Notes: generated by a model from the sequence alone, not told the origin. A stretch of 64,000 nucleotides of DNA from Phaeosaccion multiseriatum (GCA_965112735.1 OZ218963.1:2356001-2420000), one strand, 5' to 3'. Counted from the stretch's first letter, positions 23,317 to 35,900 are shown. Numbers and translations: made by a program.

Positions 23317-23530
23317 TGTAAGAAGGCATCCTTTTGCTAGGCTGACAGCTATCCACTGTGCTAAGCTCAGATAACGTAAAATTATCCTGAACCTCTAGTA
23401 TTGCGCTTAGCACACCACTGAAATTTCACGGGGGTAGCTGTCAGCCTAGCAAAAGGATGCCTTCTTACATTCCTGTCAGTTAAGGTCGATCCTTCCCCCC
23501 CCTCCGAAACCTTGGGGGGGTGACTACCCG
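23317..23530. mobile_element. Family-B hairpin plus partial spacer, with nested 58-bp family-C element (23357-23414)
   Basis: C insert TGTGCTAAGCTCAG...GCTTAGCACA flanked by CCAC/CCAC. Confidence 0.85.
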
Positions 23531-24435
23531 ACTCTGTGCTTTTGCATCTTAGAGCCGCAGCAGTCATGGACAATGTCGCGCGCCATGACCTACAACTGGC
23601 CTGAGCCACAGCCTGCCGGCGGCAGCCGATAGCCCTGGCCCCTGGAGCACCCCCTTCCTGGCCCTCCCCCACCCCGACGCCCGTCTTTGTTTGAAATTGG
23701 CAATGCTCGCGTCAACAATTTCGCAGATCTTGGCCACTGCTCGAAAAACTACCTTTTCAGTCCACTGCGTCCTGGCACCCGTTTCTTCCCCCTTCCCTCT
23801 TTTCCCCCTCTCTCCCTCCCCCTCAATACTTATACTTGTTTATTTTGTGTAAAGGGGGGTACATGGTAATTTCCAGGGGGTGCCAAAGCAGGGCGGGCAG
23901 ATGCGTCTGCTTCGCCCGTACTCCCATCCACCCCGTTGGATTCGCTCCCGATAATCCCACTCGTCCCCCCGGGCCGGGCGGGTGGGGAAACTTTTGCTGT
24001 CCCTGCCAGCCCCTTCTACGCGGTGAACTGCTGGGTTGCCCCCTTCGCTGTCCTCCTCACCGCGCTGAGCTCTTCGGCACTTGCTACAACTCTTGCGACG
24101 CCGTACTCGCGTCGCCTCCTCTTTCCACAGTTGTGAATGCTAGATTCTTGCTATACCCCGGTGGGATGAGCGTCTTACGTGGCCGTGCGGGCCGTTGGGC
24201 CCTCGCGTCAGTCGGCGCGGCCTATCCTTGCCTCCATCCGATCTTTCTATAATAAGTGCCAGTCCTCTGAAAATATCGCGTTTTTTTGCTCGATCGACAC
24301 ATAAACTCGTGCTGTTCGAAAAACTACTTTTTAACCTCAGAAAAAGGACGTGGTTACCCCCCCCGACAATAGAACGGCCCTCTTGCACACGACCGACCAC
24401 TTAACACACAAGCCTCACCGGGCTCCGCGGCACTG

Positions 24436-27400
24436 ATGCCGCAAAGGACGCTATGGGCGACTGTACTGATGCTGTTCTTGTCATTGGGGATGCTGTGGAG
24501 TAGCGGTCGGTGCGAGGGTGCGGTAGTTCCCGGAGGAGGGGCACTGCCATCGGCCGAGGAGGAAGGAAGGCACCATTCCGACGACAAAGGAGCTGGTGTT
24601 CCTGCTGGTGGGGATGCTACGGCTGCTGATATCACTGGTTTAGCCTTGTTCTCGAGGAAGCTGGAGGAGCCGCAAAGTGTACCAAGAGGCGGCAGCAGGT
24701 GAGTAAGGAGTTAGGAAGACGCCATGGAGGAGAGATCAGAGCGTTGGCCTGCCTTTGTTCAAGTGGTGTCCACGGGACCGAGGGGCGCTGATCTTCGGCT
24801 CCTCCGAAGCAGCCAAGGCTGGTGATTTGAGGATATCACGGCAGAACTTACCACTGCCTGGCCACCAAGATGAGAACGCACAGTTATGCTAGGGAAGAAG
24901 GGGGGGGGGGGGGGGTAGTGCGCCGGATACAGGAGTGCTGATCGGCGTGTGTTGGGGCACCTCTCCTCATCTTGCACACTCTCTGATGGACCTTTCTCTT
25001 CCCCTTCCACATCGGCCACGCACCCACATTTGGTATGCGTCGCCACATCGGGATACACCATGCACCAATTACCCTGGTCCTGATGGTGCCGCAGCGCGTT
25101 GGCTGCACATGGCAGCAATCCTGGGAGCCAGGGTGACAACCTGGGGAGTTCTCTCCACCGCCATAACATCATCGCGACTAACAAGCGCACGGATGATGGC
25201 AGTGGGCCGTTCACTCCCCTTGCTGCCCCGACAGATTTAGATATTTTTATCCACATGGAGGACTACCACCCGCAGCACCGGCAAGCCCACACTTTCCTTT
25301 ACATAGACTCGCAATTCGGAGAGGAGGATGCGACGAGTGGGGGGGGGGGCAGCGCAGACACCGACCCTGCGATTCCCGCTTTCCTGACTGCAGCGTACAG
25401 CATCATGATGAACGAGGAAATATGCGACAGGGATGTGATATTTCTCGTGAATGAGGAATTCGCTAGCGGGGCGAAGGAAGCCATGGATATCCTCATCCCC
25501 GCTGCCAATGAGAATCGCCGCCGGCTCAATGAAAGCCACCAAAACTGCTTTGGGGGCTTTGTTGTGAGGCTGAAAGTACCATTTTTCCCCCAAAAAGCCG
25601 GCCCTCCCCTTTGTCCCGACACGAGAGATCATTTCTTCTACATCAGTATGCAGAAGCTTCTTGTGACAGGCATGACAGAGTATGAAATGGTCGCGTTCCA
25701 AGACCTAGACTTGATCGTTCGACCAACGAAAGAGGGGGCGGATGTTCTACGTCTGGACGACGGCATTGACTTCAGGGCACAATACGGTAACCTCTCTCCA
25801 GTCAATGCCGGACTTTGGACCCTTCGCCCCAGCCACGAGGCCTTCGCGGACTTTCTCAGTGCCCTTAGAACCGGATTTTCAGAGGAGCTGGGATGGAATA
25901 ACGTGGGCCCACTGCCCAGGTGGGGCGAGGACAGTATTTTCATGGCGGGTGATGTTCATAATCTTCCCCTCGAGATGAGGCCGTACATGAACCTTTCTGT
26001 AGGAGAAACGATGCCATGGGTGCATTGGGGAGCGTGCGGAGACCAGGGGCTTCTTGCTGCCCTCTTCATCATGAACGCCCGTGCCTCTGAGGGTCATCGC
26101 AAGCGCGTCGCGTTCATCGAAGGCCCCCGCGACCCCGGGAGGATGAATTCGTTTACTCACTTCACAGGACTTCTCAAGCCCTGGAATATTCAGGCAGAGT
26201 GGTATATTCTACTACTCGAACGGAAGGGGCGACGCATGGAACTTCTCGAACTTTGGTGAGGAATTGGAATTGGGGCGAGATGTCTCCTCTACCCTCCCCT
26301 TCCGTCCTTTTCTTCTTCCTTTTTTCCCTCTCTTCCTCCCTCCCTTTTTCTTTGCTCCCTCCTTTTTTATTTCTGCCAAAGGGCGCTGCCCCATGAAGAC
26401 ACCCCCCCCCTCCCCTTTCTCCCCCAATCAGTCCGTCCCCTATCATCTCGACATGGCTTCCCCCCATGTTCATCATAACAGCCTACCACCACCCACTCAC
26501 TCACTGACAGCCGCCTGGCCAGCCTAACCCTCTTCTTCGCTGTCGAAGGTACAACTCCTTCTCCCAGCTCCTTCGCGACGTCCCTGGCGTACTTGAGCTA
26601 CCAGATGTCCAAGCAATTCAGCGTATCGTGTACGTCGATGAAGATGTGTCCGTTTCGGCCGCAGTACCGCCACCTACCAACGTAGCCTTTCCCTCCCGCT
26701 TTCGCACCGACGAAAACTGCTACGGAGATCGGTTCAGACTGTTTGCCTGTAAGCCGTCCTTTTTTATGCTGGGGGTGCAAAAGAGTGGGACCACCGACAT
26801 ATATAATCGCCTGGTGAAACACCCCCATATTGTCAACACGAAGACGAAGGAGCCCGGGTTTTGGTCTTACCATGCGCACCGTGGTGCTATAGAAGAGTTT
26901 CGTACCTACCTTGCCAACTTTGACCCGCTGGTGGAGACGCTGAACAGTTTCCAAATCAAGGCTGACAAGGCGGCTAGGCTCGGACAACCCCCACCAGAGG
27001 GTGTAAAAGGAATGGGGATCCACGCCAATATGATATCAGGCGATGGGTCCGCCTCTACACTCTACATGTACCGCCCTTTCTACGGACCGCGGGATGTCGA
27101 CGGTTTTCTAACCCCACAGCTCATCCACGGAAATCTACCCAATGCCAAGTACATTGCCGTCTTTCGCCACCCCGCGGATCGCCTTCTGTCGGAATTTCAC
27201 TTTTACTGGGTAAGTGTAAATCCCTGTAACGCAAACCTATTATGTGTTCTTAAATTATCCACAGCTCAGCTCATAGGGGGGGACTCTGGCCTGTTGCTGT
27301 CATTGAAAGTGAGCTACGAGGAACGGCGGGGTGAGGGACTCTCGTTCATGCGTGCACTCTCCTTCCGTACTCCCCATGTTTGCTTTGTCCTTCCCTCTCT

Positions 27401-28207
27401 CCCTCTTCACCGCCCTCGGTTCGCCAACCAAAACGTCCCACCATGGCCTCTCTTGCATGCCTGCTCTGTCCTTCCCCTCTCGCTCCCTCTTCACCCCTCT
27501 GTTCGGCAACTCCCCAGATCGCTGAACTTTATATGTGGGACGAGGAAGACCCCAAAGGGGCTATCGAAACGCGAGCGCACAAGCGATGCACTGACCCCCT
27601 GACACGATCCATCGAACACAAAGTTGGGCGGGCTGAAGAAAGGGCGGCCCAACCGAAGGGAGTAGTGGCCTCAGCACGAAAATCAGGACGAAAAGACGGA
27701 GCAGGAGTAGGGGGGTACGTTGGAGGGCCTGATGACCTACTTTTTGATGCTCTTGTGGACCTCAAAATTGAACGCTGGAAGAAATGTGAAGACGCCCGTG
27801 GAGCTGAGTATTGTGCTTTCTTGGACGAGTTTTCGGATAATCCAGGTCAGCTCTGTCCAGCCCTGGGTCTCGGTCTGGGCATGTATAGCATCTTTCTGGC
27901 CAAGTGGTTTCAAGCGGTGCCTCGGGAGCAGGTGTTGGTCCTTCGCTCTGAGGATTTCAAGGGTGACTTACGCGGGAGCATGTCCAAGCTGTTCGGCTTT
28001 CTCAGTGTACCACAGCCATCGGAAATAGAGTGGAAAGATATTTTGGTTAACGAAGTGGCAAATGCCCACTCCTACAGCCAAAGTACGGGGGTAAACGCGT
28101 CAATGATGGATGAGACCCGATCAAAGCTGCTCGAGTTTTACCACCCGTTCAATGTGCAACTGAATAACTTGCTGGGGGAGGAAGACTTCACCGCGCTTTG
28201 GGTGTAG
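24436..28207 (+). CDS. Bifunctional GT8 glycosyltransferase-carbohydrate sulfotransferase (CHST15-like); exons 24436-24698, 25095-26255, 26549-27209, 27518-28207 (924 aa)
   Basis: Signal/TM peptide; GT8 motifs QKLLVTGMTEYEMVAFQDLD, VNAGLWTLRPS, GDQGLL, HFTGLLKPW; PAPS-binding motifs GVQKSGTTDIY and RHPADRLLSEF; all three GT-AG introns keep frame (2775 nt). The first intron is the least certain. Confidence 0.8.
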
Positions 28208-28329
28208 GAAGACGGTTGCGGAGTAGGCCACTCGTCCATGCCACATCGGAAGCCAGTGGCCCCTTTTAATACACTTTGCTCTCGTTCTTACAAGTAGAAT
28301 CCATAAAGCTTTATCCCACCAGGAGTGAA

Positions 28330-29007
28330 CGCTGAATGGTTTATAGCGAGCCAATGACTCCTTATATACCGCTACAAAAAATATGCACAGAAGAAAAGAT
28401 CTCCGTCAGTAAGAGGTTCGATTCTCACCCGTATAGGGCAGTCAAATATTTTACGGCCGTTTCAGAAACCCGGCGCGAGTGGGAACAAGATCCTGCGGAA
28501 TATCCCCAGAACGCCAAGATGGCGGGGGGGGCGGTCTGATCAACTGCTCGCGAAGATTGAAGGGTGTTAGCGATTAGAATCGTTCCTCTTCTGTGCATAT
28601 TTTTGTAGCGGTATATAAGGAGTCATTGGCTCGCTATAATCGCTGAATGGTTTATAGCGAGCCAATGACTCCTTATATACCGCTACAAAAATATGCACAG
28701 AAGAAAAGATCTCCGTCAGTAAGAGGTTCGATTCTCACCCGTATAGGGCAGTCAAATATTTTACGGCCGTTTCAGAAACCCGGCGCGAGTGGGAACAAGA
28801 TCCTGCGGAATATCCCCAGAACGCCAAGATGGCGGGGGGGGCGGTCTGATCAACTGCTCGCGAAGATTGAAGGGTGTTAGCGATTAGAATCGTTCCTCTT
28901 CTGTGCATATTTTTGTAGCGGTATATAAGGAGTCATTGGCTCGCTATAAACCATTCAGCGCTGAATGGTTTATAGCGAGCCAATGACTCCTTATATACCG
29001 CTACAAA
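28330..29007. mobile_element. Head-to-tail tandem of a ~315-bp MITE (2 copies plus a fragment)
   Basis: ~60-bp TIR CGCTGAATGGTTTATAGCGAGCCAATGACTCCTTATATACCGCTACAAAAA; junction CATTCAGCGCTGAATGG. Confidence 0.8.
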
Positions 29008-29107
29008 GCACACAACGCCTTTGCTATTAAATTAAATTAAAGAAATGTTACGTAATCTAACGGGATAAAGGGCCGCCACACGCATTCACATAGGCCAGTT
29101 GGTGTTT

Positions 29108-29778
29108 GTGGAAAGTCGATTCGTAAGTCAAGGGCCCAGGCCCAGGCAGATACGGTGAGAACGGGGGGCGTGGCGCTCACTATCCTATGTGCGTAGGTGG
29201 TCGTTTAGGAATAGCACGCGATCAGTGAATAGAGGCAAGGCTGGCTGCTAGGCTGGCTTTGGAGTTGCTGTTACATTGTCCGTGTGTCTAGTTCTATCCT
29301 ATCTGTAGGGACAGCGCATGTCGTTTTACAACCCCAGAGCCAGCCTAGCAGCCAGCCTTGCCTCTATTAACTTTTCGCATGCTAGTCCTAAACGACCACC
29401 TACGCACATAGGATAGTGAGAGCCACGCCACCCGTTCTCACCCTATCTGCCTGGGCCTGGGCCATTGACTTACGAATCGACTTTCCACATCCCCAATAGC
29501 TATCCGTCACTTCCAACATCCCCTTGCGTAAAACGACGTACGCACGACCGACATGCGCTGTCGCCTACAGATAGGATGGAACTAGACACACGGACAAGGT
29601 AACAGCAACCCCAAAGCCAGCCTAGCAGCCAGCCTTGCCTCTATTAACTTATTGCATGCTAGTCCTAAACGACCACCTTCGCACATAGGATAGTGAGAGC
29701 CACGCCACCCGTTCTCACTGTATCTGCCTGGGCCTGGGCCATTGACTTATGGCCCATCTCATCTGAGGCCTTCCAACA
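29108..29778. repeat. Cluster of TRIM family-2 LTRs/fragments in both orientations
   Basis: 29108-29330 (+), ~29339-29525 (-), ~29526-29778 (-); similar to 36811-37062. Confidence 0.75.
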
Positions 29779-30002
29779 TTCACGGGGGTAGCTGCCAGCC
29801 TAGCAAAAGGATGCCTTCTTACATGCCCAGACGGGGTTCGATTCTGTGGATGGTGAGAAAATTTCCGAGGGCGACAGTTGGGCATGACACTGAAATTCAC
29901 GGGCTCGGTGTGGGAGAAATCCTAGGTAGTTACCCCCCCAAGGTTTTCGGAGGAGTTTCCGGAGGGGGGGGAAGGATCGACCTTAACTGACAGGCATGTA
30001 AG
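29779..30002. mobile_element. Family-B half hairpin plus spacer
   Basis: TTCACGGGGGTAGC...CTTACA then full B spacer; second hairpin cut after TGTAAG. Confidence 0.85.
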
Positions 30003-30344
30003 TGTTAGAAGTCGTGCTTTTGCTAGACTGGTACCTACCCTCTGAATTCAGACCGGGAGGTACCAGTCTCGCAAAAGCACGACTTCTAACAAGGCCATTG
30101 CGAGTTCGAACCCTGGCTGTAGCTTGTGAAAAAAAGTGTGTTTTTCGGCGAAAACTGGTACCGGCTTGCACCCATTAGTCTGATTCCCAGACTGCGAGTT
30201 ACTTCTCTCCACTATGTGCGGTGGGGGGGGGGGGTTCGACTTCTACCAATGGGCTTGTTAGCAGTCGTGTTTTTGCTAGACTGGTACCTCCCGGTCTGAA
30301 TTCAGAGGTTAGGTACCAGTCTAGCAAAAGCACGACTTCTAACA
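30003..30344. mobile_element. Family-A element H-S-H
   Basis: H 30003-30091 and 30256-30344; TSD not preserved. Confidence 0.88.
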
Positions 30345-30604
30345 GTGCCCGATACCGAGAAGCGGCCCAGGAAGCGCAATCGCAAGGCTAACCTCATTCC
30401 AGACAGCCAGTCCGCCAGTAAGATGTATGGTGGGCCTTGCGGACCTCGCTATAAAGTGTAAAAAGAGGGGGGTAAAGCTCTTTGTTGTTCATCCACTAGC
30501 TAGTCGCCAGTTGTGGTAGGGAAATTCTAAAATTTAGCACGATAATCGCCCTAGGGACATCACCGTGGCGCTCGGCTCCCCGCAGGCATAATCTCCCCTC
30601 CCCC

Positions 30605-31059
30605 TGTAAGAAGGCATCATTTTGCTAGGCTGGCAGCTATCCACTGAATATTCACGGGGGTAGCTGCCAGCCTAGCGAAAGGATGCCTTCTTACATGCCT
30701 GTCAGTTAAGGTCGATCCTTCCCCCCCCTCCGAAAACCTCCGAAAACCTTGGGGGGGTTATTACCTAGGATTTCTCCCACACCGAGCCCGTGAATTTCAG
30801 TGTCATGCCCAACTTTCGCCCTCGGAAATTTTCTCACCATCCACAGAATCGAACCCCGTCTGGGCATGTAAGAAGGCATCCTTTTGCTAGGCTGGCAGCT
30901 ACCCCCGTGAATAATGGATGGTGAGAAAATTTCCGAGGCAGGGCGAAAGTTGGGCATGACACTGAAATTCACGGGCTCGGTGTGGGAGAAATCCTAGGTA
31001 GTTTTGCCATAAATATTCAGTGGATAGCTGCCAGCCTAGCAAAAGGATGCCTTCTTACA
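30605..31059. mobile_element. Family-B inverted dimer (partly deleted), ~220 bp upstream of GMD
   Basis: H-S'-half H-S(part)-half H; TSD CCCC (within a C-run). Confidence 0.85.
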
Positions 31060-31280
31060 CCCCCCCCTGAGCCCCACTGAGAAGCCTGAAGCCCGCGCTG
31101 GCCTGCGGCCAGAAGCCCGAAGCCTGGAGGGGGCTATGGCCCAGAAGCCCGGAGCCCGAGAAGCCCTGCGGGGAGCTCCGATGGCGCCGCAGGCGAGGAA
31201 AATTTCTAATTTCTTTTTGTTCTCCTTTTTTGGGGCCACTTTGCGCCCCTTTTTAAACACAGACACACAACCCTATATAG

Positions 31281-32520
31281 ATGGCGGATATTGCAAAGCC
31301 AAAGGTTGCCCTCATAACCGGCATCACGGGCCAGGATGGCTCCTACCTCGCGGAGCTGCTGCTGGAGAAAGGATACGTGGTGCATGGCATCATTCGCAGG
31401 TCGTCTTCATTCAACACGTCGCGCATCGACCACCTCTACCAGGACCGCCACATCAAGGATGCCAAGCTCTTCCTGCACTACGGTGACCTGACGGACTCCA
31501 CCAACCTCGTGCACATCATCTACGAGACGCAGCCGGACGAGATCTACAACCTTGGCGCCATGTCTCATGTGAAGGTCGGTGAAGCAGAGGGGAAGTTTTG
31601 GAGAGAACATGGAAATTGGAAGAGGGGAGGGGAGCACTCTTCGTTGTTATGCGTATGCATGCTCTCTTTAACTTGCTATCGAAACAGAACTTGAGAACTC
31701 TTATCATCTCGCGACGATGTTCTTTCGTTTCAAGGTGTCCTTTGAGATGTCCGAGTACACAGCAGAGGCCGACGGCGTTGGCTGCCTGCGCCTCCTCAAC
31801 GCCATGCGCTCGGTGGGCCTGGAGAAGAAGTGCCGCTTCTACCAAGCCTCCACCTCGGAGCTGTACGGAAAGGTGCAGGAGATCCCCCAGAAGGAGACTA
31901 CGCCCTTCTACCCTCGCTCCCCCTATGGAGTGGCCAAGCAGTACGCCTTTTGGATGCTCATCAACTACCGAGAGGCCTACGGCATGCACCTCACCAACGG
32001 TATTCTCTTCAACCACGAGAGCCCCCGCCGCGGTCCCACTTTCGTGACGAGGAAGATTACTCGGGCAGTGTCTCGCATCCACCGCGGCCAGCAGGACTGT
32101 CTCTTCCTGGGCAACCTCGACGCCAAGCGAGACTGGGGACACGCTCGCGACTACGTCAAGGGCATGTGGCTCATGGTGCAGAGGGACACGCCGGAGGACT
32201 ACGTGCTCGCCACGGGAGAGTGCCACGAGGTGCGCGAGTTCGTCGACAAGGCCTTCGCCTACGCGGGCATTACCATCGTGTGGGAGGGCAAGGGGGTGGA
32301 CGAGAAAGGCTACAACGCCACCGATGTCGAGAAGAAGAACCCTCTCGTGCAAGTGGACCCGGAGTACTTCAGGCCCACGGAGGTGGAGCTGCTGGTGGGC
32401 GACCCTTCCAAGGCCAAGCGCGAGTTGGGGTGGGAGCCCGAGGTGACTTTCCAAGAGCTCGTCAACGACATGATGAAATCAGATCTCGAGCTTGTGGACA
32501 AGGGCGACAAGCACTCTTGA
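31281..32520 (+). CDS. GMD: GDP-mannose 4,6-dehydratase; exons 31281-31574 and 31735-32520 (359 aa)
   Basis: [70 protein letters not shown]; one phase-0 GT-AG intron. Confidence 0.98.
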
Positions 32521-32654
32521 GGACGATGGTCAAAGAGGAGGGAATGGTCCGTGATGGATTGGACCACGACGGTTGAGGAGGGGAGGTTGGTAGTGGGAAA
32601 ATTGGATTGTTCTGCGTTTTGTGCTTTTGTAGTAGCAAATACCAGGTCGATCAA

Positions 32655-32790
32655 GCCCAGATTTGCCTCCTCCAAATCAGATCTGACCCCCTCTAAATCA
32701 GATTTGCCTCCTCTAACTTAGATTTGCCCCCTCTAAATCAGATTTGCCCCCTCTAACTCAGATTTGCCCCCCACTAACTCAGATTTGACC
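32655..32790. repeat. 20-bp minisatellite
   Basis: CAGATTTGCCCCCTCTAA(A/C)T, about 6 copies. Confidence 0.75.
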
Positions 32791-32992
32791 CCCGACCCTC
32801 GATCAAGCACACATCGGAGTTTTCTGAAACTCAACAACTTAATTAAAAGAATGACTACTTACACATTATGCAGATGCCGTCCACCCACCTATAGGACACT
32901 GATCGTGCTTCTCTCTGTGTGTGGTGGAGCTGGGACAGGCTCAATTACGTATGATTAGGTAGGCCGGACAGTAAGTCAATGATGTTGTTAGA

Positions 32993-35900
32993 CCCTTGTA
33001 TGCCAATTAACCAATTAACCGCCCTGGATGTCAGTAAGAGTAAAACCTGGGTGGGCGGACACACCCGTTTTGCGGACAGGGCCTACCCCCCCCCCCCCCC
33101 CCCCCCCTTTTCTTCTTTAGCCACTACTGGCGCCGTACTTGCCTCCCTGTCTTGGCCCTGCCTCTTACGAACACTTTGCCACCTGTAGAAGTCGGGAGTA
33201 AGTTACTAAGGGATCATAGACTCAAATCTGAATTTGAAATCTGGAAAAGATATTACTTTTAGAAACTTACGTAAGTGCGTCGCATACTTACGTAAGTACG
33301 TCACATCCTTACATAAGTACGGCACGTAAGGGAATTGGGTGTCTGTCCGCTGGGAAAATTAGAAAATTAGCCCCCCCTCGCCCCCCCCCCCCCCCTTTTT
33401 CCACTTTCCAGAGGTGCGTGTGACTTTCTGCTCAGCGTCCAGAGTAGCCATAGGTAAGGGAGGCACAATAAAGCCATCGGAACCTCAAACAACCTGTATC
33501 CTTCAGAGTTAGCAGCAAAACCGATTAGCTGTCCGTTCACCCAGGTTTTACTCTTAGGACCGAAATTTTTTTGGCATTTTTTTGAATCGGGTGGGGCACG
33601 TGAGGGAAGAGACGAATACTAGACATACCGACTATCCCAGACGAAGCGCTTGCGCAAGCTTGAGGAAAACACAGTGAACTCGGGATTGGGCAGCTGAGAG
33701 CGTGCTCACAGCAGCTTTGTGGCAAGAGTTAGCGGGTGAGCGGCAAAGGTGCGTTTTTCTCCAACCTTGGTTTCGAGAGAGAGAGAGGACGGAGGGGGGT
33801 ATACCCATAGAGATAAGCCGTGGGCAAGATAGGATCTCCTCTCCAGGAGTATACGAAACTTTTCATATGCACCGCATGCTCTTCCGCCTCCAGCTCGTTG
33901 GCAATTTTGCCCCTGAAGTTAGGGTACTCCACCTTCACAGTTGCGTGTCTCTGGGACGTGGACGCTGCTCTATTCTACCGATTTTCAGGGCCCATCAGGG
34001 CGTCATCTCGTCCGCAGGACACGTCTGATGACCCCCGTACCGCCGCTGTCCATGGGCGGGGAGCAAGAGGTCTATCGCAGGTCGTCACCCGAGGTGGCCG
34101 AAAAGGTGAGGGCGCACGAGAGGGGGAGAGGGCGTGAGATGGAAGGCTTCGCCTGGCAGTTACGAGCGGGGCAAGGGGGATCAACATCACTCATATAAAG
34201 CATGGCTTGTGACAAAGTTTTAGCTTCAAAGGTCATAATCCCATGTGCAAAATCGCATACGTGTACTCCCTTATCTTTTGCCTTTGAAGGGCCCTTTTTG
34301 TGAGGTCATGAGCAGCCGATCCCACGCCCTGTCAGAGCATCGGTCTTGCTTAAGGGGCGTAATACTAACTCCCCTGCCCCCTGTTATTGCGGGACGTGGG
34401 TGGTGGGGCTATCGGGGGGACTTCGACATCTTCTCCCGAGGTCACTGCACAGGTGGGGAAGTATGAGGGTGGAGAGGAAAGGGAAGGAACCTTCCCGGCA
34501 GAGTCAAGGGCGACACAAGGTATGTTGTGGCATCTAGTGTGTGAGTTGTCAGATGTCCAACTTTCAGCTTCAGCGAGCTTAACCAGACATGGGAAATCAC
34601 CTCGTGTCCACCTCCCTAATTTTGGCCCCTTCGGTTATGTCATCACGAGGGTCATTACCGAGGCAGGAGAACGACTGCGGCGACCATCCTGCCTCTCTTC
34701 AGGGAGCGAGAAGGTAAGGAGCAAGGGGTTTACGAGCGGCAGTGGCCAGACGAGCGGGGGGAAGAGAAAGAGGCGTCAAGATAGAAGTCAAGCTTATCCG
34801 CCTCGTCGTCCACCCCGGGGGACGCCGTTGCTGCACGATCAGCTGCAGCTCGTCTTGGCTACTGCGGATGAGCGTGATCGTATTGAAGCCTACCAGCCAC
34901 GAGTGAGAGAAGCTCAATCAAGCAGCAGCTGGACGCGCCATCGGCAGCCGAGGCGGCCCTGGGAGCTGAGCCGGAGAAAGGGGGGGGGGGGGGTAGCGTG
35001 CTGTTGCTTTGGGTGGTGATGTTCGTCGTGGCACATGGTCGAGAAGCGATTGTGACTCAGGGGCGACAGGGCGATGAGCCGCAAGGCCATACTCAAGTCG
35101 CTGACCGCCCTGTATGCAGAGAGAGTGAGGTGGAGGCCGTGGCGGGGGGGTTAGGAGCTGCCAGAGGAGGGCTTGGCGGGCTACAGAGACGGATTTCGCA
35201 GGTAAGACGGAGCCTCGTGCAGCATCTGTAGTAGTAGTAGCCGTAGCAGCACCGATAAGGGGAGGAGGAGCAGTGTGTGTACAGTTGGAGCTGCCCATCC
35301 GTGAAATTGGGTTAAAATGTTAAAATGACGAATATATACATAGATAGCGTTGTAAATCGCATCCTCGCCAAGGAGAGCATGTAAAGAGTACCAAATCGGC
35401 GTATGGTCATGAGGTATAGCCTCGCGTTGTATCTGGCCCATATCTATCGTCATACCCTCTCTCCCCCCTCGATCGAGGGTCAGGATGACGACGAAAAGGG
35501 GCCCTTCACACTTGTAAATTCTCTCCCTCACTCTGTAGCTCCTGAAAGGACACTTCGAGTTGCCCAGCACTCAGCAGACTATATATCCCTCAAGTCCTCT
35601 CAAGGGTTTCACATCTCGTGGTCTGCTGGTCGCACACGCTCCTCCCTCTCCTCACCATTTTTGAGGTGAAAACTGCTGCCATAAGTGTTTCCATCTCGCC
35701 TCACCCCTTCTGCTCCACAGCACCTGCAATCGCACTCTTAGCTGCTCAACGTCGACTTGCATATGTGGGTCGCAGTCTGCTCAAAACCATTCCTCCCTCA
35801 TGGGCTCTTGCTCGCACACGCTCTTCCCCCACTCCCCCCTTGTTTGAGGCCCAAATTCCCGCCAAAGCAACGAACATTTCAGCTCCACATGTTAGCCCAC

